DNA of 64,000 nt. Source: Octopus vulgaris. Lineage: Eukaryota. A model generated the notes under the pieces. It saw only the letters and a program-made list of their open reading frames with translations. It made no database searches and was not told the origin of the DNA. The stretch lies in NCBI GenBank assembly GCA_951406725.2, contig OX597831.1, positions 43,276,001 to 43,340,000 on the forward strand, written 5' to 3'. Position 1 is the stretch's first letter; each line of letters opens with the position of its first letter. The position numbers were made by a program, and so were the translations under genes. Of the stretch, positions 1 to 11,999 are shown in pieces.

Positions 1-189
1 ATTATTTTGAAATTAAAAAATCTTTTGCGGAGGATGTAGGCCCGTTACAGATGAACTTTTCAAGCCATCTGTACAAGCAATTCGCAAAAAAACTGACCTC
101 GCAAAACACAACACTCACAGACAGAAAAGATGAGGGTGAAACTACACCCTCTCTTCCGTTAAAACAGTAAGTTTTAAACATTCAACTAA

Positions 190-3100
190 ATTTTCACATT
201 CTCGTTTAAACTCGGTTGTATAAATATTCGCGGCCTGGGGTCGTATTGGAAGCAAGGCTACCTCCTTAACGACCTTAGGTCGCATCGTTTGGATGTAGTG
301 GTAATTACCGAATCCAGACTGAGTGGGCTGCAGGCTTTTTCGCCCCTTCTAAACGGCTACGAGAAATACATTTCTCCCTGTCGACCTGGAGGGGGAGGAG
401 GAGTGGCAGTGCTGGTCAGGAAAAACCTGGATTTAGAGATTAGAACTGTCTTTATAGATCCGGAAGGCAGGTTGGTCGTTTTGGATGTGACGCACAGCAG
501 TGGTAAAGTGTTCAGGCTGGTCATAACTAGAAGGAAAGATAAGAAAATACTTAGCCTAGAGAATTTTCTTGGCACGTCGAACACGTTAGTATTGCTAGGT
601 GACTTCAACATAATTTGCGATGCAAGCGTAGATTATGTTGGCTCAAGAAAAGAATACGAGGGGATTACCTCACCTCAACAATATGCTAAGTCGTTTCGAA
701 TTGGCAGATAGATTCAGACTGGACCATCCAGACATTCCAGAGTGGACCTGGGCAAGAAACGACGGATCGTCCAGATCTTATATCGATAAAATCATAACTA
801 GAAGGAAAGATAAGAAAATACTTAGCTGTCCACAACACCATATCGTCAGCTACAGCGATCACAAATTAGTGACCTGTACGCTCGACATAGATAGCATGTG
901 TAGACGAGGTACCGGCTACTGGAAGCTAAACAAGTCACTATTGGACTGTGAAGCCTACAGGAATCGGATTAAACAATTAGTAATGAGGGCGTTAACCGGA
1001 TCCATTATCAACAATAAATGGTGGTACGCCCTGAAAAGAGCCATCAAATTTGAGTCAATTAGGTTTAGCAAAGAACTAGCTAGTACTAGAAACAAAGTAG
1101 AAAAGGAACTAGTTAAGGCTATAGAGGAGGCAATGAGGTCAGGCTGTGCATCGAAAGTGTTAGCGGCGAGGTTAGCACTAGACCAACATCTCCAAGCTAA
1201 ACATGAAGGGTGCATTATTAGGGCTAAGATCCGTGCAATGAGACAGGAAGGGATCAACGCAGCCGGATGGGCCCGGGTGGTAGAGGGCCAGCGTGGCAAC
1301 AACTCAACCATTCGATCCTTGACGGGCCCAAATGGTCGATTAGTAAACGAACCCGAGGAGATGTGCAAGGTGTTTCATGATCATTTCGCCCAGCTATTCG
1401 GGAGGAGCGGCGAGCTGGAGCGCGGGGAGAAGCTCGCAGACTTCCTAGCCGGTTCGCCGCGTCTATCGGGGCCGGACGCGGAATCTTGTGGGGCGCCGAT
1501 CACAGCCAAAGAAGTCGAGGATATGTTGGCAGAATGCGGCGGGGACAAATCGCCGGGACTCGATGGTCTGCCTTACGAACTCTATAGTAGCATGCCAGAC
1601 TTGTTTGGGCACCTACTTGCATGCGTGTACACCAACTGGCAGCAGAACGGGAGAATTCCTAAGTCTGTGAGCCGAGGGGTGGTAGCGTTGTTAAGAAAGG
1701 ACCCAAACAAGGGTGATTTAATTGATAATTTCCGGCCTATCACTCTGCTTAACGCAGAGTTGAAGATCTTGGCCAAGGTCTTAGCAAAAAGGTTGGCGAG
1801 GGTCGTGGGTGAACTTGTTGGCGAGGCGCAAACTTGCGCTATCCCTGGAAGGACCATCCACGACAATCTCCACTTTCTACGCTATGCCTTAGAAAGGGTA
1901 AATAGGATTCCTGGCAAGGGTGGGGCTATGGTCCACTTGGACCAATCGAAAGCGTTTGATAGGGTGGACCATCAGTATCTGGCGGCGGTCCTCGCGGCGG
2001 CTGGCTTCGGCCCGACCTTCCGCGGATGGATCATCGCTTTATACAGCAACATCGAATCGGTAGTTCGGGTAAATGGTTTCCTTTCGGAGCCGTTCAGCAT
2101 TGAACGTTCGGTACGTCAAGGGTGTCCTCTCTCCCCGCTTCTCTACGTTTTGGCCCTCGAGCCGTTGCTGAGGAGGTTGGAAACTATGAGAGGCACCCCG
2201 CAAGATCTAGGGTGCGGAAAGTCAGCTTCGGCGTATGCGGACGACATCACCGTCATCGTTTCCCGAGTCGAGCACCTACAGTGGGTGGGTGAGGCCTTAA
2301 GGGACTACGAAGCGGTGGCAGGAGCGAAAGTCAACCGGGATAAATCGGTCGGCTTGCAACTCGGCACCTGGAGGGGCAAGTCGATGTCTTCCGACAGCGT
2401 CGTAGGACGTTGGACGGAAGGACCGGTGAAAATGCTTGGGATCTGGTTAGGTCCAGATCTCCAGATAGAGAAGAATTGGAGCGAGGTGGCGAGAAAGATG
2501 GCTCTCCTAACTCAGACATGGTCTGAACGGAATCTGTCCTTGAAAGGGAAGGCGGAGGTTGCAGAAGTGTTTATCGCCTCTGTAATCACTTACCGCCTAA
2601 CCGTAGTGCCTTGCCCCGATTCGTGGCTGAACAAACTGGAACGCATGCTCTTTCGCTTTTTGTGGAGGGGCAGCAGACCTCTTGTAAGGCGTTCTATTTG
2701 CTGCCAAAAGGGATGCCGTGGCTAAAAATGCGCAGACATGCGCTCAGGCTTAGGCACCTCTGGATTTACCTGGACGGTGAGCAGGTGTGGTCTCCGTTTG
2801 TCAAGCTGTTATTTCCACAGTTCACATCGTTTAACGAACTGAACCCATGGATCAAGTGTAGACCGAGGTTGGGCATGTGGCATGCAGAGTGCTATCAGGC
2901 ACTCGTGCTTCTCTCCCAGTCGGGCAACGCCGGTGGCGGGGCTACTACCGCGTTCTTCTATAGAGGGTTAGTAGAGTTTAAGTGTGACGACGTCCTAGGA
3001 GAAACTCTGGGCTTCGACGAAAATCAACTGGCCAGCCTGTTCCAAAGAACACTCGGTCCGGGGCCTATGGATAATTACCAAAAGTCCCTGGCCTGGCAAT

Positions 3101-3590
3101 GTTACAGAGGAGCTTTACCGGTTCGAGATAAGCTCTTTAGACATGGGTGTGCACCTTCGCCGGTTTGTGCAAGATGTAAGAGGGACAGTGAAACTGTCCT
3201 GCACGCGATTGTGCAATGCCCCAAGGTGACTGAACTCTGGACTTATGTCGAACACCTGCTGTCGCATTCGAGAAGAGTACAACTGTCGAGCGAATCTGTA
3301 ATTAAGATAGTTCCGCCGACCTTCCTGAATAGAGAGGAGCGAGCCTGTTTTCTTTCGGTAGTTGCTATGGCGAAAGAAGTAGTGTGGAAGACGAGAGTAA
3401 AAGGAATTGCAACAGGCATGTTTATCTCCAGTCTCGAGCTAATCGACTTTTTCATTTTCCACATGAAACGGAAAATAAGGCTGGAGAAGAAATGCCTGTC
3501 GCAAAGTGTGTTTCGTAAAAGATGGAAGTCTATAGCAAGTATGTTGCGAGAGAAAGAACCTATTTAATCGAGAATGTAAAAAAAGATAAA
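190..3590 (+). mobile_element. Tx1/L1-clade non-LTR retrotransposon ORF2 (APE endonuclease, RT, C-terminal CCHC), frameshifted near 635 and 2710
   Basis: Endonuclease motifs CINIRGL, VITES, LLGDFN, SRSYID, SDH; RT motifs KSPGLDG, FRPITLLN, LDQSKAFDRV, VRQGCPLSP, AYADD; zinc knuckle CARC..LHAIVQC, spread over ORFs 289-711, 635-2725 and 2611-3567. Confidence 0.9.
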
Positions 3591-4084
3591 GCAAAGTCTT
3601 CAGTGTGAGTATGTGGTTTGTGGGGTCGACCGCGTCCTCCGCTTCATTTTTTGTTAATCACTCATTCTCATTTAATTGTATATATATTAATTGTTTGTTT
3701 ATTCATGTTTCGTCTCATTCGATACCCTGACCCCAACGTTTGTTTTGTCCCCTCTTTTTCTCAACCTTATGTGTGTGTGTCTCTCACACACACACACACT
3801 CACTCACTCATACATGTCGTCTGTTGATGCAGTAGGCCTCTACGCATGCTTGAACGGCAAGTTAAAAATGTTTTTCTGATAGTCGATGGCATATTTATGA
3901 TAAGCTTCACTGAGAGGAAAGTGGCTTCTTTCTAACAATGTACTTTCAATCCTTTTCTTGTTTTTAAAGGGTGAAAATCACAACTAAAAATATATAAATT
4001 ACGAAATTGTTGAACTTTAATTACACTGTAAATTATATGTATGTACAATATATATAAACTTTATAAATATTCTTTTCTACACTT

Positions 4085-4330
4085 GACACAAGGCCCGAAA
4101 TTTTTTGAGGGGTGAGACCAGTCGATTAGATCGACCCCACTACGCAACAAGCACTTAATTTATCGACTCCGAAAGGATAAAAGGCAAAGTTGACCTCGGC
4201 GGAATTTGAACTCAGAACGTAACGGCAGACGAAATACCTATTTCTTTACTACCCACAAGGGACTAAACACAGAGAGGACAAACAAGGACAGACAGACGAA
4301 TTAAGTCGATTATATCGACCCCAGTGCCAC
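4085..4330 (-). mobile_element. tRNA-derived SINE (same family as 9915-10145), composite or partial
   Basis: Reverse complement contains the B-box-like GAGTTCAAATTC and the core GGTCAACTTTGCCTTTTATCCTTTCGGAGTCGATAAA shared with plus-strand copies. Confidence 0.75.
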
Positions 4331-4339
4331 TATATATTT

Positions 4340-4565
4340 ATGTGTGTGTATTTGTGTCTGTGTTTGTTCACACCCACCATTGCTTAGAAACCGATGTTGG
4401 TGTGTTTACGCCCCTCCCCATAACTTAGCGGTTCGACAGAAGATCTCGATAGAACGAGCACCAGGCTTACAAAGAATAAGCCTAGGTGGCGATTTCTTCA
4501 ACTCAAAGGCAGTGCTTCAGCATGGCCAAACTCAAATGACTGAAACGAGTAACAAGAGTGAAGGA
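4340..4565 (+). mobile_element. 3' part of the SINE family seen at 29898-30320
   Basis: Shares CCGATG.TGGTGTGTTTACG, ACTTAGCGGTTCG and CAGCATGGCC..TCAAATGACTGAAAC with 30100-30300. Confidence 0.65.
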
Positions 4566-4572
4566 GTAATAC

Positions 4573-4603
<31 letters not shown>

Positions 4604-5077
4604 ATTATTGAAATTATAATTAAGCGTATCTATAAGATACCATCATGCTAGAGATAGCAGTCAAAACTTGACTCTAAAACCACATCAAATATTCATACAG
4701 CACCAGGAGAGAAGGCAAAGAGACAAAATAAACTAGCAAAAAATTATTGGATAAATCCAGATCTAGATATCTAGCTCTGCATAAGATACAATGGTCAACA
4801 AAATAAAGCTTTTATTTTCTGCCGTAAAATCTTAGAGTTGTTTTAGTTTGCTTGCTAATTCCAAAACTGACCTCAGTTTTCCTCAGTCACATCACATTTT
4901 CGTGCCATCTGTATATACCTATATTTACCTGGAGCACACCAAAAGTTAACTGTATACCACTATTTGCTGGAATGTGGGCTGGATGGATTGTCACGCTAAT
5001 TTTGAATATGTTGAAGTTGAGTTTTGCTTTAAAGCCCTTCTTCTTTTCAGACGTGAACTGAACCATTGTGATCTAGT

Positions 5078-5440
5078 TATGGACGTACTGACCCCGATGC
5101 CTTCTGTTACGTCTGTGGAAACGTCATTCCACAGGCTCAAAGGTGCAACAATAATAACTTTGTCAAGAAGGTTTATCTTGCGTACTTTAAAGAAAAACTT
5201 GCAGACCAGGACAATATCCGGGCGCCCCACAAAGTTTGCAAAACCTGTGTTGGAACTTGGTGTGATGAAGCAATTCAGCAAAGAGCTTGATCATCTTGGA
5301 GATTGCTTTAGATTTTTATGTACAAGCTTTCCAAGTCTCAGTGACGAGAAAAAGAAGGCAAGAATATTTGATGACCTCAAATAATAACACAGATTATTGT
5401 TGGGGCTTGATGAAAAATATTCCAGAAGCTGTAAGCAAGA
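5078..5440 (+). mobile_element. Internally deleted Chapaev3-like (CMC) DNA transposase relic
   Basis: Hand translation gives DPDAFCYVCG...AYFKEKLADQDNIRAPHKVCKTC, then LGVMKQFSKELD..CFRFLCTSFPSLSDEKKKARIFD, then DYCWGLMKNIPEAV. These match N-terminal, middle and C-terminal blocks of this family as recalled; family name from memory. Confidence 0.65.
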
Positions 5441-7082
5441 GCTAAGATCTGAAGATTCTATGGAATTTAAAAGGAGCATATTTGTATAACAAAGTGGTTC
5501 TCTTTTTCATGAAGAAGTACTTGTACAGTAAACTAACCCTATAGCGAGCCACGAACTCAAAAGTAAGCCTTGAAAACTGGTGGCGAAAAAGTTCAGGGAA
5601 ACTTCAGCGATGTTAAAGAAGATGTGGTGGTTGAATTGCAATGTATTGAAAAAATCAAGAAAGGATGTGAGGGCATAGGCCCCTACTGGGGTGAAGTTTA
5701 AAATATGAATGAACTTGGAATTTACTGAGCCATCATTTTGCATGGTGTACACTCGAAGTTGATGAAAAGTTTTTCTGGTGTCATGCATATGTGATGTGTT
5801 ATGACCATTAAATAGAGAATAGAAATCCACTAGAAGTATTCGGAAACGATTTCGCTGAAAGAGATATATATGGAGACAGTGGGGAAAGTTGATGTGTTAG
5901 ATATATACGTCTGGGAAAGGGAACACAAATGCTAGATGTGAATGGGGTCACAACGATAACATTGATTGCTGTAGCAGGATGGTGAGTGGAGTGATGTGAT
6001 GGCGTATATTAGTGAACAAATGTTATTGATTATAGAAGTTATGTGGTGGGAATCGATGTGTTCGATGTGAAAGTACATTCAGTTGAGAGCGGTACATAAT
6101 TAGATGTCTTTTAACGATTCCGATATATCAGAACAGTCGGCAGCTTCACAAAACCATTTGGTGAATAGGTGAAGTAACATGAACTCTCCTTCACCTGTTA
6201 GTAAATTTGGTGGGCTTCACAAGATATCTTACGTACTCCTAAGATTTTTTCACAGTATTAAGTAAGTTATGTTCCTAATAAATCGTTGACCGCGAATCAC
6301 TATGTACAAAGATGTAATTAGCTATATTTCATTTCAAAAATATTCCTGTGTATAATGATGAAGATCAAAGTAATTGTAATACATTCTCTTTACAAAACAA
6401 CTAGTTTACTATTATATAAATCGTGGTTTTGAAGATGTTACTTCTACTTGTGAAAGATATCTGAAGCTTGTTGGTATATTTCTCACTTATATTCTTGTAG
6501 CTGAATATAAAAAAGTACAGCGAAAGCCGCTTATTCTAATCACGTATAACGTTAAGAGGTTATTGTCATGAAATTTGGTCTTTTTACGGAATTCCTAGGT
6601 GAAATTAAGTTAATTGTAAAGAGAGGGTTATTGATATCGAATGACAGTTGTCAATAAGCAATCAAAATAAGCGTGTTCCAATGTAAGGTTCATTAAAGCG
6701 CCATTAGCTAGTTCACCTTTGGCTCTTATGCTTCCTCTCCGATAAACATTTCTACATGTTTACTGTAGAAATTACCTGATGATTTTTAAAAGAAAACTTG
6801 TAATATAACAACAAGGAAGAGCATGCATAAATATACAAGTAATATTTCATAAGAAACAAACAATAAACGAATATAAAATAACAACGACACTCATGTGAAA
6901 GAAAATATCAATTATATTCTTCTAAAAAATATACAAAGAGTTTAGAGTTTGTTTTACAAAGTGTCAATGTGATGAATGAATAAATTAATAAAGTTCCCAA
7001 TGTCTTTAAAAATCACAAAGTGATGTAGTATGAAAAATGTATCACAGTATTTTAACAAATGTTTGTATGAGTGAATAAGAAG

Positions 7083-8990
7083 TTAGTCCATTTCCTCAAT
7101 CGTAGGACCACTGGATGCTTGTGATGAGCAATGATTATTGTTAGAAGAAGACGATGTGTGTAGTTTGGACATGATAGGAGAGCAAATTTTCTGTGCTTCC
7201 TGAAGTCTGTAGGTAAATTCGTCTGTGTCTGCTAGACTGTTGTTGTCTATCCACTGTAATGTTTGGTCACACGTTTCCACTGCTTGCTTCTTATCTTGCT
7301 CGGACAGTTTGCCGTTATCTTCATTGACTGCTTGTTTCACACTGAATATGTAATGCTCCAACTGGTTTCTAGCTGCAACACGTTGGCGTTGCTTTTCGTC
7401 TTCTGCCTCGTATTGTTTAGCTTCGTTGAGCATTCTTTCGATTTCCTCTTTGCTCAAACGACCTTTGTCGTTGGTGATGGTAATTTTGTTGCTTTTGCCG
7501 GTGCTTTTGTCGACAGCAGAAACGTTGAGTATTCCATTGGCATCCATATCGAAGGAGACTTCTATTTGAGGTACGCCTCTGGGAGCTGGTGGAATGCCAG
7601 CCAAGTCGAAACGTCCGAGGCAGTTGTTGTCTTTTGTCATTGCTCTTTCTCCTTCGAATACCTGAATAGAAACAGCCGGCTGGTTATCTGAATACGTAGT
7701 GAATACGTTAGATGCCTTACACGGTATTCTGCTGTTACGCTCGATAAGTTTGGTCATCACACCACCAGCCGTTTCGATTCCAAGAGATAACGGTGCTACA
7801 TCTACAAGTAGTACGTCTTTGATGCAATCGCTCGCGTCTCCAGACAGAACAGCAGCTTGTACGGCAGCTCCGTAGGCGACAGCTTCGTCTGGGTTGATGG
7901 ATTTGTTGACGGTCTTTCCTTGCATGAAGTCGGCAAGTAATTTCTGGATCTTGGGAATGCGTGTCGATCCACCGACCAACACGATGTCGTCGATGCGGGA
8001 TTTATCGAGTTTGGCGTCTCGCAAAGCTTTCTCAACTGGTTCTAGAGTCGATCGGAAGAGGTCACTGCAAAGATCCTCGAAGCGTGCTCTAGTAATCTTC
8101 GAGTGAAAATCAATGCCTTCATACAGAGAATCCAGCTCTACTGAAGCTTCTGAACTGCTCGATAGGGTTCGTTTTGCCCGTTCACATGCAGTACGCAGAC
8201 GTCTGATAGAGCGTGGGCTTTGTTTCAGATTTTTCTTGTGTTTACGCTTGAATTCTTCGACAAAGTAGTCAACGAGCCGGTTGTCGAAGTCTTCTCCTCC
8301 GAGATGTGTGTCGCCAGCTGTAGCTTTCACCTCGAAAAGAGATCCTTGGTCGATTGTGAGGATGGAAACATCGAATGTACCACCGCCCAAGTCGAAGATC
8401 AGAACGTTCTTCTCACCAGATAAGTTTTTCTCGAGACCGTAGGCGAGTGCGGCGGCCGTTGGTTCGTTGACAATTCTCAACACATTCAAACCAGCTATAC
8501 TAGCTGCATCTTTCGTCGCCTGTCTCTGAGAGTCGTTAAAGTAAGCTGGCACCGTTACTACTACGTCTTTCACTTTACAGCCCAGGTACGACTCGGCTGT
8601 CTCCTTCATTTTACTCAATACCATCGAGCTAATCTCTTCGGCTGAGAACTGCTTTTGCTCTCCCTTGTACTCCACTTGTACATGTGCTTTGTTACCGTTT
8701 GTGTTCACCACTCGGAATGGCCAATATTTCATGTCGCTTTGTACGGACGTATCGTTAAAGTGACGTCCAATTAAACGTTTAGCATCGAACACCGTGTTCT
8801 CAGGGTTGAGGGCCGCTTGGTTTTTCGCTGCATCACCCACCAGCCTTTCGGCATCGGTGAAAGCCACATAGCTTGGTGTTGTCCTGTTTCCCTGATCGTT
8901 GGCAATAATTTCCACTTTACCGTGTTGAAACACACCTACACAAGAATAGGTTGTTCCCAGATCGATTCCGATAGCAGGTGCTTTGACCAT
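7083..8990 (-). CDS. hsp70: Inducible-type cytosolic Hsp70, copy 1 (635 aa, intronless, ends GPTIEEMD)
   Basis: Signatures [37 protein letters not shown]; no GGMP repeats; single uninterrupted ORF. Confidence 0.98.
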   Translation of the reverse strand: MVKAPAIGIDLGTTYSCVGVFQHGKVEIIANDQGNRTTPSYVAFTDAERLVGDAAKNQAALNPENTVFDAKRLIGRHFNDTSVQSDMKYWPFRVVNTNGNKAHVQVEYKGEQKQFSAEEISSMVLSKMKETAESYLGCKVKDVVVTVPAYFNDSQRQATKDAASIAGLNVLRIVNEPTAAALAYGLEKNLSGEKNVLIFDLGGGTFDVSILTIDQGSLFEVKATAGDTHLGGEDFDNRLVDYFVEEFKRKHKKNLKQSPRSIRRLRTACERAKRTLSSSSEASVELDSLYEGIDFHSKITRARFEDLCSDLFRSTLEPVEKALRDAKLDKSRIDDIVLVGGSTRIPKIQKLLADFMQGKTVNKSINPDEAVAYGAAVQAAVLSGDASDCIKDVLLVDVAPLSLGIETAGGVMTKLIERNSRIPCKASNVFTTYSDNQPAVSIQVFEGERAMTKDNNCLGRFDLAGIPPAPRGVPQIEVSFDMDANGILNVSAVDKSTGKSNKITITNDKGRLSKEEIERMLNEAKQYEAEDEKQRQRVAARNQLEHYIFSVKQAVNEDNGKLSEQDKKQAVETCDQTLQWIDNNSLADTDEFTYRLQEAQKICSPIMSKLHTSSSSNNNHCSSQASSGPTIEEMD

Positions 8991-9219
8991 TCTTCTTCCT
9001 TTTTCTATTGTTCGCTCAAAATGTCCAGTATAAAACTTGAGAAATTCTTTCTTTCTTCTTTATCTCTTGCTCGTCTTACTTTGTATTTCAGTTGTGTCAG
9101 TAGAATATATGAATGTATTATATGTGAATGAGTGTTGCTTTAATGTATGTATAACTGAAAGAAATGTTTCGCAGCTGAGACTCTTGCCTCGAGTTGTTTA
9201 CAGTCGTGCTTCTGTAGAA

Positions 9220-9365
9220 TCTGATTGACAAGCTGTGAGCAATGCTGTATATATAGTGGAAAGTAACGTCCCCTTCCCACTGTGACGTCATTACCAGAGT
9301 TTACGAGGCATTTCGATATTGTTCTACCAGGTGCTACAGCTTTCTGGAACGTTCCAGAAGTTTCC
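9220..9365 (-). promoter_or_regulatory. Hsp70 copy 1 promoter: 5-unit HSE 9341-9365, CRE TGACGTCA 9283-9290, TATA 9248-9255
   Basis: tTTCt gGAAc gTTCc aGAAg tTTCc is a perfect alternating nGAAn array; the same layout precedes all six copies. Confidence 0.9.
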
Positions 9366-9914
9366 TTTTAATTCCATTAGCTTATTTTACATATAGAAGG
9401 GGATTTGTATAGGATATTTGCTCATAATTTGTTTTTTTTAGTAGAACAACTCTGTTTCATGGATGAATATTGCCGTTGTACCAAATAATAAACACCGTCG
9501 TTCACGTACTGTTGCTATTTATCGCTTCTCTAAACTTTTATTTTTCTTCTCATAGTTTTCTTGGTTTGAAATATTTTGTGTTGCACTCTGTTTATAGTTT
9601 TTGATGGAAGTGCTACTATTACAAACAAATTCGCATTTTCATTTCAGGACTTTTAAACTATCGACGACTTTAACATTACCATACTCATTAGAAATGGCAG
9701 TCAAAATCTGCCGAAAGTCGTCATTTAAAGAAAGACAACATTTATGTACATTTGAACATTTATTCCTTGATAAAGAAAGTTTTACAAAGAGTTCGGATAC
9801 TCATATATCGCATAAATCTGTACTCGAAGAAAATATACAGTTAAAAAGCAAAGGCGTTTCTATAGTTATTGGTAAAGACTAGCGGCGATGGTTATTGGCA
9901 TCCAGGGAGGTGTA

Positions 9915-10145
9915 GCTGGCGAGCTGGCAGAAACGTTAGCGCGCTGGGCGAAATGCTTAACGGTATTTCGTCTGCCGCTACGTTCTGAGTTCAAATTCTG
10001 CCGAGGTCGACTTTGCCTTTCATCCTTTCGGGGTCGATTAAATAAGTACCATTTACGCACTCGGGTCGATATAATCGACTTAATCCGTTTGTTAGTCCTT
10101 GTTTGTCCTCTCTGTGTTTAGCCCCTTCTGAGCAATAAAGAAATA
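9915..10145 (+). mobile_element. tRNA-derived SINE
   Basis: A-box-like TGGCAGAAACGTTAG, B-box-like GAGTTCAAATTC, conserved core; dispersed copies at 4085, 19987 and 33883. Confidence 0.8.
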
Positions 10146-10847
10146 GGTATAGCTGGTTTCACTTCATTGTTGACGATGTGTAATATAGGGGAGTATATGT
10201 AAGTCGGAATGAAGCAAATAAACCAACGAATGAAATAGGCATTTTGTATTTATTTTCACATCAATGTTTACTACATTTGCTTTTAAATATCGTTGAATAC
10301 ATTACAGAGTGTGTAGACGGCGATTATAACGAATATTAACATGAAGAAATAAATCTGGAGGGCTCATAAACACACGTATAGACACACGTCACATATATCT
10401 ACGTATTGAAACATGAAATTACGTAAAAAAAAAATTTTTTTAATGATATTTGCCAGTATATGTGTGTACTGTAAATTATTTACTTTTTTATGCAGATCAG
10501 ATTCTAATATAATCGTAATTTACACATTCTTGAAAGTATTTGCAGAAAATTTCATTAAAATATTCCAATTAATCTGAAAGTTATGAGAAAACAAATCCAA
10601 CTGGTGTAAATTTTGTGAAGCACTTCTTCCCACCAACAGAAAAAGTTTTCTCAAGAAATTCCTACATAATCAGAATCTACATCATCTGAGGCGTATTTTC
10701 AGAAAATTTCATTAGTAAAAATCAGTTTCTCTGGCAGTTATATGGAAACAGATTGCATGTTTGCATATATATGTAGGAATGCCCACTTATACTTATATAA
10801 ATACATGCCTACCTACATGCTTCAATACATGCCTACCGACGTGCTTG

Positions 10848-11066
10848 ACTACATACATACATACATACATACATACATACATACATACATACATACATAC
10901 ATACATACATACATGCATGCATGCATGCATACATACATACATACATACATGCATGCATGCATGCATACATACATACGCACGCACGCACACACACACACAT
11001 ACATACATAATACCTGCATAATACAAACTTACATACATACAGACAGACAGACAGACATACATACAT

Positions 11067-11105
<39 letters not shown>

Positions 11106-11140
11106 GTCAGACAGACAGATAGACATAAATACATACATAC
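10848..11140. repeat. Compound (TACA)n/(TGCA)n/(CAGA)n microsatellite
   Basis: Direct reading; paralogous tract at 20913-21197. Confidence 0.95.
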
Positions 11141-11999
11141 ATTCGTTCATCAAAGCTGACAAACATACAATCTTAGGTACAGGTGTACTAAAGAATTTTA
11201 CTTACAAACCGAGACAATCTTTCATTGAATGTATACGAAAAGAATAGCGTCGGATATTATTCAGCTCGCCAAAAGTCAAAATTCCTTGGAATTAATATCA
11301 GTGAAGCATCGTAGCTTGCGATTTCCCAAACAGTAAAACACGAATTGCATATGTGGGTGATTTTACCACGATTCTTCTTAATAATCTTTCACTGTAACAT
11401 TTTCCTAACTATTTAAGTGATTTATTGTTAAAAGTGTATCTTTATGAAGCATAGTTTTAAATTTTTCAAAGTAAACTTAAAACTAGGAAAATACGGAAAG
11501 AGTATAGGAATAAACTGAAAGACAAGTACCCTCTTCTTTTGTATCTTCATACGCGATGCTTAAACAGTACTCATCTAAGTGCATAATTTCTTCTAGCATA
11601 CTGTGTAATTCCCACTCTATTCTGTAGGTTTGCTCCGCTCCCAAGTATGGTTGGTTCCTTGAAGAAAGTTTATTGCCTAAAATTCCTTATAATAAACTTT
11701 GGCATATCAAAGTGTTAGAAGATGCACCTATTCATTATTTATAAAATATAAGGTTTATGGTTACGCCTGTGTCAGCGGAGCCTTTCAGCATTTTTGGCTT
11801 CCAGACCATATCCCTTCTCACAGATATCGGGACGGGGATAGCTGTCCGAAAGTATAAGTCCCGTGAGATGAATGGCTTTTTCAGCTCATCTGCCTCTCCA
11901 TCCGTCGAGGCAACACGTTTTCCATTTTCTGTGAAGTACTCAGGGAGGTAACTTGTGACAACATTTAAGCGTAGATTTTATTCATGAGTTAATTCGTCA

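Noticed and set aside
7263-9131. ORFs antisense to each Hsp70 (142, 70, 67 and 104 aa, recurring in all copies)
   Set aside because: Antisense shadows of Hsp70 codon usage, a well-known source of false annotations; recurrence only reflects duplication of the sense gene
9915-10000. tRNA-like A and B boxes (also at 29898)
   Set aside because: No complete cloverleaf and followed by SINE body sequence; treated as SINE heads, not tRNA genes
10742-11162. ORFs of YIHT/MYVC repeats here and at 20825, 40651, 41480, 44475-47027 and 55032-56436
   Set aside because: Translations of (TACA)n/(TATG)n microsatellites that lack stop codons
11740-11990. Stop-free minus-strand frame of about 80 codons upstream of the CR1
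   Set aside because: No recognisable motif or splice context; cannot be assigned without a search
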